Virus record (IMG/VR): IMGVR_UViG_3300026081_000002
DNA length: 64,000 nucleotides
Direction: 5' to 3' (one strand)
Source of the DNA: an uncultured virus (IMG/VR IMGVR_UViG_3300026081_000002)
Taxonomy: Duplodnaviria; Heunggongvirae; Uroviricota; Caudoviricetes
A program made the position numbers and the translations under genes. A model generated the notes under the pieces. The model ran no database searches, was not told the origin of the DNA, and saw only the letters and a program-made list of their open reading frames with translations. Positions 1-10,580 of the stretch are shown here, piece after piece (positions within the stretch are counted from its first letter, which is position 1; every line of letters begins with the position of its first letter).

Positions 1-14
1 TAGGAAGAAAACAC

Positions 15-1634
15 ATGGTATTACTAACAGATTTAAGAGGAACAGTAACAGGAGTAGATTCTGCTCCTACTATATCGCTCATTAACAGCGTAGTCGACTC
101 GAATCTTATAATGGGAGTCGTTAACACTTCTAATATTGTTCCTATAGCTGATTCGTCTTTGAATCTTGGTGATTCGAATCGTAAGTTTAAAGAGTTGTTT
201 TTGTCATCAGGAACTCTTCACTTAGGTGATAAACCCTTTAAGAAGAAAGATATTCTTGATTTTGACATGGGAATTGAACCTGAAACAATGACTATTAGTG
301 CAGATGTTAATGCTGCAGGTGCGATGCCTCCATGGTTGTGGTCATGGGATGTGACCTCAAATATTCCTTATGCAAGAACTAGGATTAGAAATCAGACACA
401 GTCATCTATTCCTATGTATCACCAAGGAACATATACTCTTCACAACTTTACTGCTCACTCAACAGCAGGTAACGCAACACAAACTCACAAGATATATTTA
501 AAATGGCTTGACGGCGCAGGAACACAAAACATTCCTTCATGGTCGACCTCAACACTTAACGTTCCAAACATATCTATGACTGAAGTAAGAGGAGGAGCTC
601 TGACTACAGTTCAAAGACTAAACATTAATGTTCCGGCAGCAGGTGTCGGCACTCCATCACTCACTCCTCCTACACAGACGTATAACGTCGCTGCAGCTGG
701 AGGTCAGTACGTATACAGTGGAATAGCAACAGGAGCGAATGTTGATATTGGTCCTCTCTATAAAGGTGGAACTTATACGTTTGCACTGGACAGTTCTATA
801 AACGGTCATCCTTTTTACTTATCTACAGATTCTGCCGGTGCAGCATATTCGAGTGGTGTTTATAACAACGAGTATACCAATGGTGTGACTAATAGCAGAA
901 GTCAAGGAGTTGCAAACGGAGATGGAAACTTAGTCTTCACAGTTCCAGCAGATGCACCAAGTTCTCTTATATACAGGTGTGGATTACATGCAGGAATGGT
1001 CGGTAACATAACTATTAAAGATCTGAAGCTTGACAGTAATGGAACTGGGAATGAAATACTCTACTTGCAGCACGATCAAGAGAAACACGCTACACCTGTT
1101 GAAATAAGACCAATACCAGCCGCAGCAGCTCAGATGTGTATGACGTTTGACGGAACAAAGTTTGTGCCACAAGACATGAATGTTTACTTACAGAAAACGC
1201 CTATCATGAGAGATGCTGTTAAAGAGCAAGCATCAGTTCAAATAACACAAGAAGTTAATGCTGGAACAATCGCAACACCGACAACAGTAAAGGATACTAC
1301 TATTCATAGTACTAACTTATCTCAGCAAGGAGATCTTACTATTGTGCAAGGAACTGCGAGATGGTACGCTCCCTTTCCTTTGAGAATGGAGCAGGTTATT
1401 CCTCGACTTGGAACAGCTGCAGATGCTGTTGTAGGAATTGTCATTGAAAAGAATGATTCGGACCACTCAACATTTCAATTCGGAGCTGGCGTAACTCAAG
1501 TAACTCTTGATTCAAGTAATAATATACCTTTTACAATGACAGATAGTGACTACTTAACTGTTGATGTTACATCAATAGGAAATACTAATAAAGGCAAAGA
1601 TCTAATAGTTCAATTTAGATACAAAGCGACTTAA
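15..1634 (+). CDS. Virion structural / tail-fibre-like protein with cupredoxin-like domain
   Basis: S/T/G/N-rich; N-terminal IVPIADSSLNLGDSNRKFKELFLS motif typical of phage fibre proteins; GHPFYL...YRCGLHAGM motif. Confidence 0.6.
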   Translation: MVLLTDLRGTVTGVDSAPTISLINSVVDSNLIMGVVNTSNIVPIADSSLNLGDSNRKFKELFLSSGTLHLGDKPFKKKDILDFDMGIEPETMTISADVNAAGAMPPWLWSWDVTSNIPYARTRIRNQTQSSIPMYHQGTYTLHNFTAHSTAGNATQTHKIYLKWLDGAGTQNIPSWSTSTLNVPNISMTEVRGGALTTVQRLNINVPAAGVGTPSLTPPTQTYNVAAAGGQYVYSGIATGANVDIGPLYKGGTYTFALDSSINGHPFYLSTDSAGAAYSSGVYNNEYTNGVTNSRSQGVANGDGNLVFTVPADAPSSLIYRCGLHAGMVGNITIKDLKLDSNGTGNEILYLQHDQEKHATPVEIRPIPAAAAQMCMTFDGTKFVPQDMNVYLQKTPIMRDAVKEQASVQITQEVNAGTIATPTTVKDTTIHSTNLSQQGDLTIVQGTARWYAPFPLRMEQVIPRLGTAADAVVGIVIEKNDSDHSTFQFGAGVTQVTLDSSNNIPFTMTDSDYLTVDVTSIGNTNKGKDLIVQFRYKAT

Positions 1635-1640
1635 AAGTCG

Positions 1641-1654
1641 TATAAATATAAATA
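1641..1654 (+). promoter_or_regulatory. Two overlapping T4-type late promoters (TATAAATA)
   Basis: TATAAATA at 1641-1648 and 1647-1654 upstream of the 1677 ORF (GGAG SD); gp33 is encoded in the window. Confidence 0.75.
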
Positions 1655-1676
1655 CATTAAAATAAACGCGGAGTCA

Positions 1677-1937
1677 ATGACAATGAAAGATTTTAATCTT
1701 ATTCAACAACACAATCGAGATTCGGATGGGTCTACAGTTACAGACACTATCACCCATGCACTACAGGCAGAACTTGACGAATATGGAGTTCTTAAGATAT
1801 ATGACAAAAGTTCTGGTGATATGTTAAACGAAGAACCTAAAAAGTGGAATGCTGATGGTCAACCAGTAGTTGATTGGGTAGATGTTGATGATGGAATCAC
1901 TTGGTATCTCGGCGATAACCATCACGTAGGAGAATAA
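1677..1937 (+). CDS. Hypothetical late protein
   Basis: 86-aa ORF with SD, directly after late promoter. Confidence 0.6.
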   Translation: MTMKDFNLIQQHNRDSDGSTVTDTITHALQAELDEYGVLKIYDKSSGDMLNEEPKKWNADGQPVVDWVDVDDGITWYLGDNHHVGE

Positions 1938-1938
1938 A

Positions 1939-3708
1939 ATGGCAAAAGTTTTTGACTTTAATGGGAACCAAAACTATCCACCAGTTATAGAAGACCCGCG
2001 TACAGGTGTTGATGGTTTTTGGTTTTATGGCATAGAACACAACAAACAGACTTTGAGTCCGCAGTTTAATAAGATGATTAGACAATCTTCAGCAGGTAGT
2101 AACTGGAGCAGCTTTGGAGTTAGTTATCATCAACCTGATTCTAGACTACGAACATACTTAGCTTTAAGTAAACCAACAACACACTGTCAGTACTATCTGA
2201 ACGGTAACACAAATAACTATTATAATAGACACGACGATAATCCTTGGTGGACTCTTGATGAGTCTAAAGAAAGAGGAAGTGGAATATACGCTCACTCTTC
2301 TGGAGGACAGACTGCAGTATCATTCAACGGAATGAATGCAGACTACATTTATCACTGGACTTGGGGAGCTATGACAGCATCACAGTCATTAAACGACGGA
2401 GGCAACCAATCATCAGTCGTAAGCGACTCATACACTTTTACTTGGAACCCAGTAGGAATTCAAAATAACAGAGTTGTCGGCTTCTGTAGATCAAACAGTA
2501 GTAACTACGACTATCCATCTTCAAAATGGTTCTCTCAACGTAGTGCTTGGCCAGGAGATTATGATGATCGATCCCTCAGTACTTCTAGTATTGGTGATTA
2601 TTACAACTTGCAGTATATTGGTCAAGCTTCAGACGGAAACTGGCTGTTTCAAGTAAATAGAAACTACTACCCACTATACAACGTAATCTATAAAGCAAAC
2701 TGGACTGGAAACACGCCGACTATTACGACTATGTTTAATGACACTTCTGGGTACTCTTCACCGGGTGGAACAAACCAAGGTGGAAACTTCTTGAACAAGT
2801 CTTACGTAGTCTACTCTTGCTCTAAGTATATGACTGACCCAAGAGATTCTAACAAGAAACTTTGGTATAAGCCTTACTTTGATTCATACGGCGACTATCA
2901 CCCAACTATCTTTACGTGGGATACTACAAGTGATTCCTTTGCTGTTGAGAAAGATATTAGTATTACGGGTAATAAGTCAAGTGCTGTATCAGACTGGACA
3001 GGATTAACCAGTAACACAGATTCGCATAACGCTGAATGGCTTCATAACGAATACTTCATATCAGGCGGCAACAAGTATATCACAGTAATGTATTTGGATT
3101 ACAGAACAAGACATGATGGTCTAGGACTTAAGACTTGGCACACATATCAGATTGACAACTCTAATCCTAAGGCTCTTACTTATCACAGTTCAATAACTCA
3201 TAGCGTAGTTCCAAAGCACTTCGTTTGGTTAAACGATAGTAGAACTCTTATGGGTGTTTTCTTTCAAGGTAAGTTTGAAATGTGGTCATGGTCAAATGCT
3301 ACAGGTTGGGGAAAGTCTACAACAATCACTGACCACGTATACGCTATGGGAAGAGACAGCCTGGATAGAATGTGGTACGTTACAAGATCCACGAAGTGGG
3401 GTACTAGCTATTTAGACACACACTTATTGACACCTTCTCTACCAGTTACTGTTACAGTATCTCCGGCTCAGACGAGTTACACGTATGCTGGATCAACTAT
3501 TAGTACTAACTTAAACGTTAGTGCGTTTAACGCTTCAGGAGCAAGAATTGCTACGAGTGTTAAATTAGTTATCGAAGGAGCATCGATGAAGTTCTCTGAT
3601 AATAGTACAGTGAAGACTGTTACTACTACAACAGGTGGAGAACTATCAGTGGCAGTCAACATAACAGGAGCAGGATTTACTAACGTAACGGCATCCGTAG
3701 AAATTTAA
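1939..3708 (+). CDS. Virion structural protein (beta-rich, C-terminal Ig-like domain)
   Basis: 589 aa, S/T/N/Y/W-rich, AGGAG SD, C-terminal alternating beta-strand pattern. Confidence 0.55.
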   Translation: MAKVFDFNGNQNYPPVIEDPRTGVDGFWFYGIEHNKQTLSPQFNKMIRQSSAGSNWSSFGVSYHQPDSRLRTYLALSKPTTHCQYYLNGNTNNYYNRHDDNPWWTLDESKERGSGIYAHSSGGQTAVSFNGMNADYIYHWTWGAMTASQSLNDGGNQSSVVSDSYTFTWNPVGIQNNRVVGFCRSNSSNYDYPSSKWFSQRSAWPGDYDDRSLSTSSIGDYYNLQYIGQASDGNWLFQVNRNYYPLYNVIYKANWTGNTPTITTMFNDTSGYSSPGGTNQGGNFLNKSYVVYSCSKYMTDPRDSNKKLWYKPYFDSYGDYHPTIFTWDTTSDSFAVEKDISITGNKSSAVSDWTGLTSNTDSHNAEWLHNEYFISGGNKYITVMYLDYRTRHDGLGLKTWHTYQIDNSNPKALTYHSSITHSVVPKHFVWLNDSRTLMGVFFQGKFEMWSWSNATGWGKSTTITDHVYAMGRDSLDRMWYVTRSTKWGTSYLDTHLLTPSLPVTVTVSPAQTSYTYAGSTISTNLNVSAFNASGARIATSVKLVIEGASMKFSDNSTVKTVTTTTGGELSVAVNITGAGFTNVTASVEI

Positions 3709-3723
3709 CCTAGGAGTTGCCAT

Positions 3724-5511
3724 ATGTCAACTTCTATAGAGCTCTTTATACATGAGCTAGGAATTGATACAAGAAACGCTGAAAAAACTGCAGCATCGTT
3801 CCCAGCCGACATTAAGGCTGGTGAGCCGGCTGCAGTTTTTGTATATAAGGGCGACTCAGAAACTATAGAAGTTTTAGCCGGCGAGACTGGTCGTTTTGCC
3901 ACAGTTCTTGACATTGTTGAAAATGGAACCTATGCTGTAGCGAATGGTTCTCAGATTAGAGATGGTTCGGGTAACTATGTAGCAAATCAATTTACAACTT
4001 TTGTAAACGACTCGAGTGGTGCGTCTATTGGACTATCAACGATGGCTGATGTCAAAATTGGTGTAAATTTTGATTCTACCTATAATGGAATTGGAACTCT
4101 TGATTCAACTTCAAACTTAGGATACTCTAATATAATTGCACAGACTGGTAGAATACATTCGAATCTAGACTCAGTAGCTGATCCTGGGATTGATCTTTTA
4201 GATTCAGCTACCTTAACTAATCAGATACTCAAGGTTGGTAATATTACTGGACAGTCTGTAGACTCAGCAGCACTTGAAACATTTGTTCATACAACTCATA
4301 CATCACTACACAGAGGTCATTTTAGAGAACACACTAGTGGACAAATACAAGATCTAGATGGTTCACAATCAATATCTCAAAATCCGATGTATTGGGATAA
4401 TTCAGTAAATATGACAACGATTGGTGGTAGATCTGTTCCTAATACTAATACAAGTTATAATCTTGGAACATTAAGAGGATTGAATTGGACTTGGCCTCAG
4501 CACTTCACTATATACGCAATATATTATCCACGAGGAACTGATCAGGATGAGTGGTATCAGCATCTCAGTAACCAACATCTTGTTCAAATTGAAAGAACTG
4601 ATAACAACGGTACGATGTATGTTGGTGGAAACAATGATCTTCAAAACACTGGATTAAAAGTACCTCACGCTCAGTGGAGTAGAATTATTATAACCGGTTC
4701 AGCGTCTTCAACTACAACAGGAGCTAGCACAACTTATGAGGCATATGTAAATGGAGTAAAAGGAAACACTATAACAGCTACAGGTGTAGTTGGAAGACAT
4801 CTAGCTTCTACTTCAGGTACTATGCGATTTAGATATTATTATTACAATACAGGATATTTTTTAGAACTTGGTGTTTTAAATGAAGCCTTATCAGGATCTG
4901 ATATAACAACACTCGATATGATGTTAAACTATCAACTTACAGGTGTAACTAGTACACAAGAGGTTTTAAATATCAGCACAATAACTGACTCTTCTGCAGG
5001 AAATGGAATTCCTTCGAAGTTACCTCCAGATGCTGTATATGATAGGTTTGATAGAATAAGTTCGTTCGATTCTAATAGAAAATCAGGATTACGTTTAAAT
5101 ATTGAAAACACTTCTGAATCTAACTTTCTTGATCTTCAGTTAACTGAGGTTATGGATGAAACTGGAAAAGTTTTTGTTGGAAGAGGAATAGACGTAGCAA
5201 TGAACGAGTTTGGATTTAGTAGTGGAGTTATTCTATCATCGCCAAATTCTAACTCATTTGATGCTATGGTTTCACCTATTAACCGTATTAGTCACACTAA
5301 AGATACTCCTTTCTATTCTCCTACTTCCGCCCAAGCTTCGTCAATGTCTCTTACAATAGCTGAAGAAGCTCCAATAGCATTCTTTAAAGATTCTCTTGGA
5401 ATGGGTCATGGTGATAGATTTGAACTTCTCAATAGATTTAATGATCCTAGACTTGAGCAAGAACCTGTACAACAGTCTCAGACATCAGGACCAGTTCAGA
5501 TCTGGTATTAA
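3724..5511 (+). CDS. Virion protein with LamG/concanavalin-A-like domain
   Basis: FTIYAIYYP...QWSRIIIT...YVNGV...ELGVLNEALSGSDITTL resembles the LamG pattern. Confidence 0.55.
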   Translation: MSTSIELFIHELGIDTRNAEKTAASFPADIKAGEPAAVFVYKGDSETIEVLAGETGRFATVLDIVENGTYAVANGSQIRDGSGNYVANQFTTFVNDSSGASIGLSTMADVKIGVNFDSTYNGIGTLDSTSNLGYSNIIAQTGRIHSNLDSVADPGIDLLDSATLTNQILKVGNITGQSVDSAALETFVHTTHTSLHRGHFREHTSGQIQDLDGSQSISQNPMYWDNSVNMTTIGGRSVPNTNTSYNLGTLRGLNWTWPQHFTIYAIYYPRGTDQDEWYQHLSNQHLVQIERTDNNGTMYVGGNNDLQNTGLKVPHAQWSRIIITGSASSTTTGASTTYEAYVNGVKGNTITATGVVGRHLASTSGTMRFRYYYYNTGYFLELGVLNEALSGSDITTLDMMLNYQLTGVTSTQEVLNISTITDSSAGNGIPSKLPPDAVYDRFDRISSFDSNRKSGLRLNIENTSESNFLDLQLTEVMDETGKVFVGRGIDVAMNEFGFSSGVILSSPNSNSFDAMVSPINRISHTKDTPFYSPTSAQASSMSLTIAEEAPIAFFKDSLGMGHGDRFELLNRFNDPRLEQEPVQQSQTSGPVQIWY

Positions 5512-5520
5512 AAAAACCTA

Positions 5521-5549
5521 TTTACTTTTATTATAAATTATGGTATAAT
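5521..5549 (+). promoter_or_regulatory. T4-early/sigma70-like promoter for the glycan cluster
   Basis: TTTACT-17 nt-TATAAT with extended -10 (TATGG). Confidence 0.65.
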
Positions 5550-5568
5550 GGTATAAAAGGAATTTATT

Positions 5569-6345
5569 ATGAAGCAATTGATATATCAAGTATATGTAGG
5601 TAAAAAATCAAAACTTTATGATCATTGTATTGCTTCTGTAAAAGATTACTGTAGTAATCATAAAATAGATCATATCATACAAAGATACCCAATCCTCTCA
5701 ATAAAGCCAGATGTTTTTGCGACTAATAGAAGTAAAGAGTCGTATGAGAAACACGGTGGCTTTCTCCCTATATACGAAAAAGAAAATGCTTTTAATTATT
5801 TTAAAGACTATGATCAAATTGCTATCATAGACGCCGATGTATGGGTCAGACCAGGTTCTCCTAATATTTTTGATGACTTAACCGAAGAGTATGACTTTGG
5901 TGGTGTTGTAGAAAGATCAGCACCTATCGACACTTGGTACCAACAGAAATTAGTTCAATATTCTAACATGCAGTTTCGAAACATAAAGGTAGACTGGAAG
6001 TGGAACGATCTAGGTGCAGAGTTCATAAACATGGGTATAATGGTTATGAACAAGAAGATGAGTAAGTATCTTAATGGTGAGACACCTGAACAGTTTATTC
6101 GTAGGTCCGAGTTTAAAGATTTTGTTGATGGAATAGGTAGCTGGAAGTGGTCAACAGATCAGGTACTACTTAACACTTGGATAAAGAAAGAAAAGATGAA
6201 TGTAAAAAATCTAGACTGGAGATGGAACGGATTGTTTACAGCAAACACTAAGATAAAAGACTGTTACTTTGTACATTTTTTCTTAAAGGATAAGTTACCA
6301 AACAGAGGTGAGAATGTTGATGAGTTAAGAAAGCTTGTTGAATGA
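5569..6345 (+). CDS. Glycosyltransferase (GT-A fold)
   Basis: IAIIDADVW DxD motif, FINMGIMV, DQVLLN, WN..F..FVHF. Confidence 0.75.
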   Translation: MKQLIYQVYVGKKSKLYDHCIASVKDYCSNHKIDHIIQRYPILSIKPDVFATNRSKESYEKHGGFLPIYEKENAFNYFKDYDQIAIIDADVWVRPGSPNIFDDLTEEYDFGGVVERSAPIDTWYQQKLVQYSNMQFRNIKVDWKWNDLGAEFINMGIMVMNKKMSKYLNGETPEQFIRRSEFKDFVDGIGSWKWSTDQVLLNTWIKKEKMNVKNLDWRWNGLFTANTKIKDCYFVHFFLKDKLPNRGENVDELRKLVE

Positions 6346-6692
6346 GTATTGAAGTTAAAATAAGTGTTGGTGATTTTTTAGATAGATGGAGTATACTACT
6401 TATTAAACTAGATAAAGGTTTAGATGTTGATAATGAGCTGATTCACTATGTTGGAAAGATTAAAAAACACATGCCGGCGCATGACTATTATTTACAAATA
6501 ATAAAATCTATAAATTTACAGCTATGGGACTTAGAGGATAGAAAAAGAAAAGGTGTAGAAAGATATTCTAGAGAAGAAAGCGACGTTGCATTTTTAATAA
6601 CACAGTTAAATGATTTAAGACATGAAACTAAGAAGAGAATAGATCTATTCTTTCAAAGCGAGATAAGTGAAAAGAAGAGTCATTATGCGTAA
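6342..6692 (+). CDS. Conserved hypothetical protein (DUF6165-like)
   Basis: SVGDFLDRWSILLIK...INLQLWDLED...LNDLRHETKKRID pattern. Confidence 0.55.
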   Translation: MSIEVKISVGDFLDRWSILLIKLDKGLDVDNELIHYVGKIKKHMPAHDYYLQIIKSINLQLWDLEDRKRKGVERYSREESDVAFLITQLNDLRHETKKRIDLFFQSEISEKKSHYA

Positions 6693-7485
6693 GGTTGGAA
6701 TTATAAGTGGAGGATTTGATCCTATACACTCTGGTCACATAAACTACATGTTAGATGCTGCAAGTAAGTGTGATTACTTATACATTGGTCCTAATAGTGA
6801 TCAGTGGCTAAGAAATAAGAAAGGCAAAGAGTTTATGTGTTGGGATGAGAGAGCCAACATCATAAGAAATCTAAATCTTAATTGTGCATTTGAAGTCATT
6901 GCGTTTGAAGATGATGAATTAGGATCAGCAACTAACTTAATTAAACTAGTAAATAAAATAGAAATCAATTCTCAATTAGTTTTTATGAATGGTGGAGACA
7001 GAAATAAAACAAACATTCCAGAAGAAAGAATTCAATTAGGAAAGTCAAGTTGGGGAGGAAATGTTCTAAGCTTTGAGTTTGGAATAGGAGGAGAGCATAA
7101 GCAGAATTCATCTAGTTTGATATTACAAGAATGGAAAGAGCCTAAAACTCAAAGAGACTGGGGATATTATAGAGTTCTACATGAGAATGGACCTGAAGTA
7201 AAAGTTAAGGAATTAACTGTTGACCCTGGTAAAAGACTCAGTATGCAGCGACATGAAAAAAGAGCAGAGCATTGGTTTGTGTCTGAAGGTGTGGCATCTG
7301 TTTATGGATTAGATGTTTCAACAGATATAACTAAAGTTACGTATGAGAGGCATCAATCTTTACATATAAAGAAAGGTGAATGGCATATGCTTGCGAATGA
7401 AACAGACAAACCTTTAAAGGTTGTAGAAATACAATATGGGGAAGAGTGTGTTGAAGAAGATATAGAAAGAAGAAATACAAGATGA
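6685..7485 (+). CDS. Cytidylyltransferase-like domain fused to type II mannose-6-phosphate isomerase-like cupin
   Basis: GGFDPIHSGH (HxGH), NGGDR, then RDWGYYRVL..LSMQRHEKRAEHW cupin; start moved to ATG 6685. Confidence 0.8.
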   Translation: MRKVGIISGGFDPIHSGHINYMLDAASKCDYLYIGPNSDQWLRNKKGKEFMCWDERANIIRNLNLNCAFEVIAFEDDELGSATNLIKLVNKIEINSQLVFMNGGDRNKTNIPEERIQLGKSSWGGNVLSFEFGIGGEHKQNSSSLILQEWKEPKTQRDWGYYRVLHENGPEVKVKELTVDPGKRLSMQRHEKRAEHWFVSEGVASVYGLDVSTDITKVTYERHQSLHIKKGEWHMLANETDKPLKVVEIQYGEECVEEDIERRNTR

Positions 7486-8051
7486 TGTTTGGTAATAACC
7501 CAGGTTCTGATCAAACTTGGTTAAGAATGAAGAGTAAGACAGTAGGAGCAGAACTTGGTGTCTGGAAAGGAGATTCGTCTGCAAAATTTTTAAACGTAGC
7601 CTCTCATGTTCACTTAGTTGATCCTTGGTCTGTACAACCATACTTAGAAAATAAAGAAGTAGATAAAGAGAGATATTTTAGTAGATATGAAGAGTTAGTT
7701 GGATCAGCTAATCCTCAAGACTTTCAAACATATTATGATGACATATATGAGTCAGTAGTAAAAAGATTTAAGAATAAACCCGTAACAATACATAGAATGA
7801 CGACAACTGAATGGTTTAAAAATTTTAAAGAAAAACTAGATTGGATATACGTTGATGCTAGACACGACACTCCAGGAGTCTATGAAGATCTTATTAATAG
7901 TGTGAAAGTTTTAAAAAAGGGTGGAGTAATATATGGTGATGACTATGGTTTTAATAAGTATTGTGTAAAGGTAGCAGTAGATAAATTCATAGAAAAAACT
8001 GGACTAACACTTAATAATTTTTATCAAGATCAGTATGAAATAATTACATGA
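7482..8051 (+). CDS. Class I SAM-dependent methyltransferase (Methyltransf_24-like)
   Basis: ELGVWKGDS, VDPW, DWIYVDARH, LKKGGVIYGDDY. Confidence 0.8.
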   Translation: MMFGNNPGSDQTWLRMKSKTVGAELGVWKGDSSAKFLNVASHVHLVDPWSVQPYLENKEVDKERYFSRYEELVGSANPQDFQTYYDDIYESVVKRFKNKPVTIHRMTTTEWFKNFKEKLDWIYVDARHDTPGVYEDLINSVKVLKKGGVIYGDDYGFNKYCVKVAVDKFIEKTGLTLNNFYQDQYEIIT

Positions 8052-8827
8052 GACATATAGCACTGAATCACTATAGTAGAGGATCGATAATAAATCCTTG
8101 GAATGAAGAAAGCAATCCAACAAAGTTATATACTGCACCAGGTTTAGGTGACAGAGTTACTTGTCTTTGGGGTGTGTACCAGTGGGCTGTAAAAAACAAT
8201 CATGAAAGTGTAACTGTACATTTAAATAAGAATCACTGGATTAGTGGCAACCCAAAAGTAAATAAGCCAGAATCATGGAAAGAAGTACAAGATCTGTTTG
8301 TTAATATTAAGGTAGAATATCATCCAGAAATGCCTATTCAAAATGACTATAATACTTTAAAATGGTTGAAAGAAAATAAAGATATAGATGCTTCTATGTA
8401 TTACTATGATAATCCCGATGCAGAGATTAATATAACTGACTACTTCAAAGATAAGGTATTACTAGATCCTCCTAAAAATAATCTTAATTTCCCTTGGCCT
8501 AAACAAAGTTTTGTTACTATGCAGTGGGATGGGAGTGGACCAAGACGTCCGGATGATAGTGTAATAGATAGAATAAGGTTATACTATAAAAATAATGGAT
8601 ATGAGATAGTTGATATTGGTATGGGTCATAGTCTTGCTGAAATAGGAGGTTACTTACATAATGCTGACTATCACATAGGCATGGAGAGTGGAATGTTTCA
8701 CATGGCTCAACTTTACATGAAGCACTCGCAGATTCATTTATACACCGCAGCAGGTGCTACTGATCACTCTAGAAGAGCCAAAAAATATGGATCACCTATT
8801 AACTACTTAATTGGAAAAATTATATGA
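8048..8827 (+). CDS. Putative GT-B glycosyltransferase (GT9-like)
   Basis: N-terminal GLGD and C-terminal HIGMESGMFHMA resemble GT9 motifs. Confidence 0.5.
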   Translation: MRHIALNHYSRGSIINPWNEESNPTKLYTAPGLGDRVTCLWGVYQWAVKNNHESVTVHLNKNHWISGNPKVNKPESWKEVQDLFVNIKVEYHPEMPIQNDYNTLKWLKENKDIDASMYYYDNPDAEINITDYFKDKVLLDPPKNNLNFPWPKQSFVTMQWDGSGPRRPDDSVIDRIRLYYKNNGYEIVDIGMGHSLAEIGGYLHNADYHIGMESGMFHMAQLYMKHSQIHLYTAAGATDHSRRAKKYGSPINYLIGKII

Positions 8828-9795
8828 AAAAAAGAGCATTAATTACTGGAATAACTGGACAAGATGGAGCATATCTAGCTAGGTTCTTATTAAAAAAAGG
8901 TTATGAAGTGTATGGATTTGCTTCAAGAAGAGTCAATCAATCTTATGATAACTTAGATTATATTGGAATAACTGATCAGATAAAAATTATATTTGGAGAT
9001 ATAACTGACCCTTCAAGTGTTAACCACGCTATTAAGACTAGTCGACCTCATGAAGTATATAACTTAGCCGCAATGAGTTTTGTAGGACTTAGTTGGCAGG
9101 AACCTATTCATACCGCAAACGTAGATGGTTTAGGTGCATTATATCTTTTAGAAGCTGTTAAAAATTATCAACCTGATGCAAAAGTATATCAAGCAAGTAC
9201 GTCTGAAATGTTTGGAAATAATTGGGAAGAAGATATGACTCAGAACGAACTTACTGCATTCAGACCAAGATCTCCTTACGGATCTGCAAAAGTTTTTGCG
9301 CATAATACTATGGTGAACTATAGAGAAAGTTTTGGTATTCATACGTCTTGTGGAATACTTTTCAATCACGAAAGTCCAATAAGAGGTAAAGAGTTTGTAA
9401 CTCGAAAAATTACAGACGGTGTAGCTCAAATAAAAATGGGACTAAAGGACCATATTGAACTAGGAAATCTTGAAGCTAGAAGGGACTGGGGTTTTGCTGG
9501 TGATTATGTAGAAGCAATGTGGATGATGCTCCAACAAAAACCTGATGATTTTGTTATTGCGACAGGAACTACATGGTCTATAAGAGAACTATTAGATAGA
9601 GCCTTTGGTTATGTAGGTATTAACGATTGGAGTGATTATGTAAAACAGAACCCAGATTTTATGAGACCAGCTGAAGTGCCTAACTTATTAGGCGATCCTC
9701 TGAAAGCAAAAGAAATTCTAGGTTGGGAGAACAAAACATCATTTGATAAATTAGTTCAGATGATGGTGCATGCTGACATAGAAAGATATAGCTAA
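8824..9795 (+). CDS. gmd: GDP-mannose 4,6-dehydratase
   Basis: ALITGITGQDGAYL, YNLAAMSFV, QASTSEMFG, PRSPYGSAK, GILFNHESP, FVTRKIT, RDWG. Confidence 0.95.
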   Translation: MKKRALITGITGQDGAYLARFLLKKGYEVYGFASRRVNQSYDNLDYIGITDQIKIIFGDITDPSSVNHAIKTSRPHEVYNLAAMSFVGLSWQEPIHTANVDGLGALYLLEAVKNYQPDAKVYQASTSEMFGNNWEEDMTQNELTAFRPRSPYGSAKVFAHNTMVNYRESFGIHTSCGILFNHESPIRGKEFVTRKITDGVAQIKMGLKDHIELGNLEARRDWGFAGDYVEAMWMMLQQKPDDFVIATGTTWSIRELLDRAFGYVGINDWSDYVKQNPDFMRPAEVPNLLGDPLKAKEILGWENKTSFDKLVQMMVHADIERYS

Positions 9796-10580
9796 TGAGA
9801 AAACTACACCAGGATAAGTATAAAGTTAAAGACATAGTAGATACTATGAAAAAAATATCACCTAAAAAAACTGATAAGACTCCAGTTAGAATTGGAAAAG
9901 ATTCAGATGGTGGTTATATATTACTTGACGAGTTACTTACCGGTGGCATTGCGTATTCTTTTGGTGTAGGAAATACTTCTGCTTTTGAAAGGGACATGGC
10001 CAAAAGAGGCTATGTAAATCACATGTATGATCATACAGTTCCAAAAGCTCATGCGGTTGGAGATCAATTTATTTTTAATAGATATGGCGTAGGAGCTAAA
10101 GACGGAGGTCAGCTAAAAACAATTGAAACAATTGTAAAAGAAAACCAACATGAAAAATATAGTGATATAATACTACAGTGTGATATTGAAGGAGCTGAGT
10201 ACGATATTTTTACAAATACACCACAGGATATATTAAAATGTTTTTCTCAAATAATTATAGAGTATCATTCTCTTGATAAGTGTATACTCGATATGACTAA
10301 CTTTAAGAGAGGAAGAATGGAACACTGGCACTATCAAAAAATGAAGGATACATTTTCTGTTCTTGCAGAAAACTTTACTCCCTATCACGTTCATGGTAAT
10401 AACTTTAGAGGAACGTTCTTAGTAGAAGGGCAACAAGTACCTGAAGTCATTGAGGTGTCATATGTTAGAAATGATCTAGTTAAGTTCAGTGATGAGAAAC
10501 AAATATTTCCTACAAAACTTGACTATCCAAACTGGACAGCTAAACCTGATTTACAACTAGGAACATTCTCATGGGTTTAA
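9795..10580 (+). CDS. FkbM-like / Methyltransf_22-like methyltransferase
   Basis: RIGKDSDGGY, YSFGVG, LQCDIEGAEY, QIIIEYH, HVHGNN. Confidence 0.75.
   Translation: MRKLHQDKYKVKDIVDTMKKISPKKTDKTPVRIGKDSDGGYILLDELLTGGIAYSFGVGNTSAFERDMAKRGYVNHMYDHTVPKAHAVGDQFIFNRYGVGAKDGGQLKTIETIVKENQHEKYSDIILQCDIEGAEYDIFTNTPQDILKCFSQIIIEYHSLDKCILDMTNFKRGRMEHWHYQKMKDTFSVLAENFTPYHVHGNNFRGTFLVEGQQVPEVIEVSYVRNDLVKFSDEKQIFPTKLDYPNWTAKPDLQLGTFSWV

Noticed and set aside
1626..1640. Small hairpin GCGAC-TTAAAA-GTCG as terminator
   Set aside because: Short stem and no U-tract
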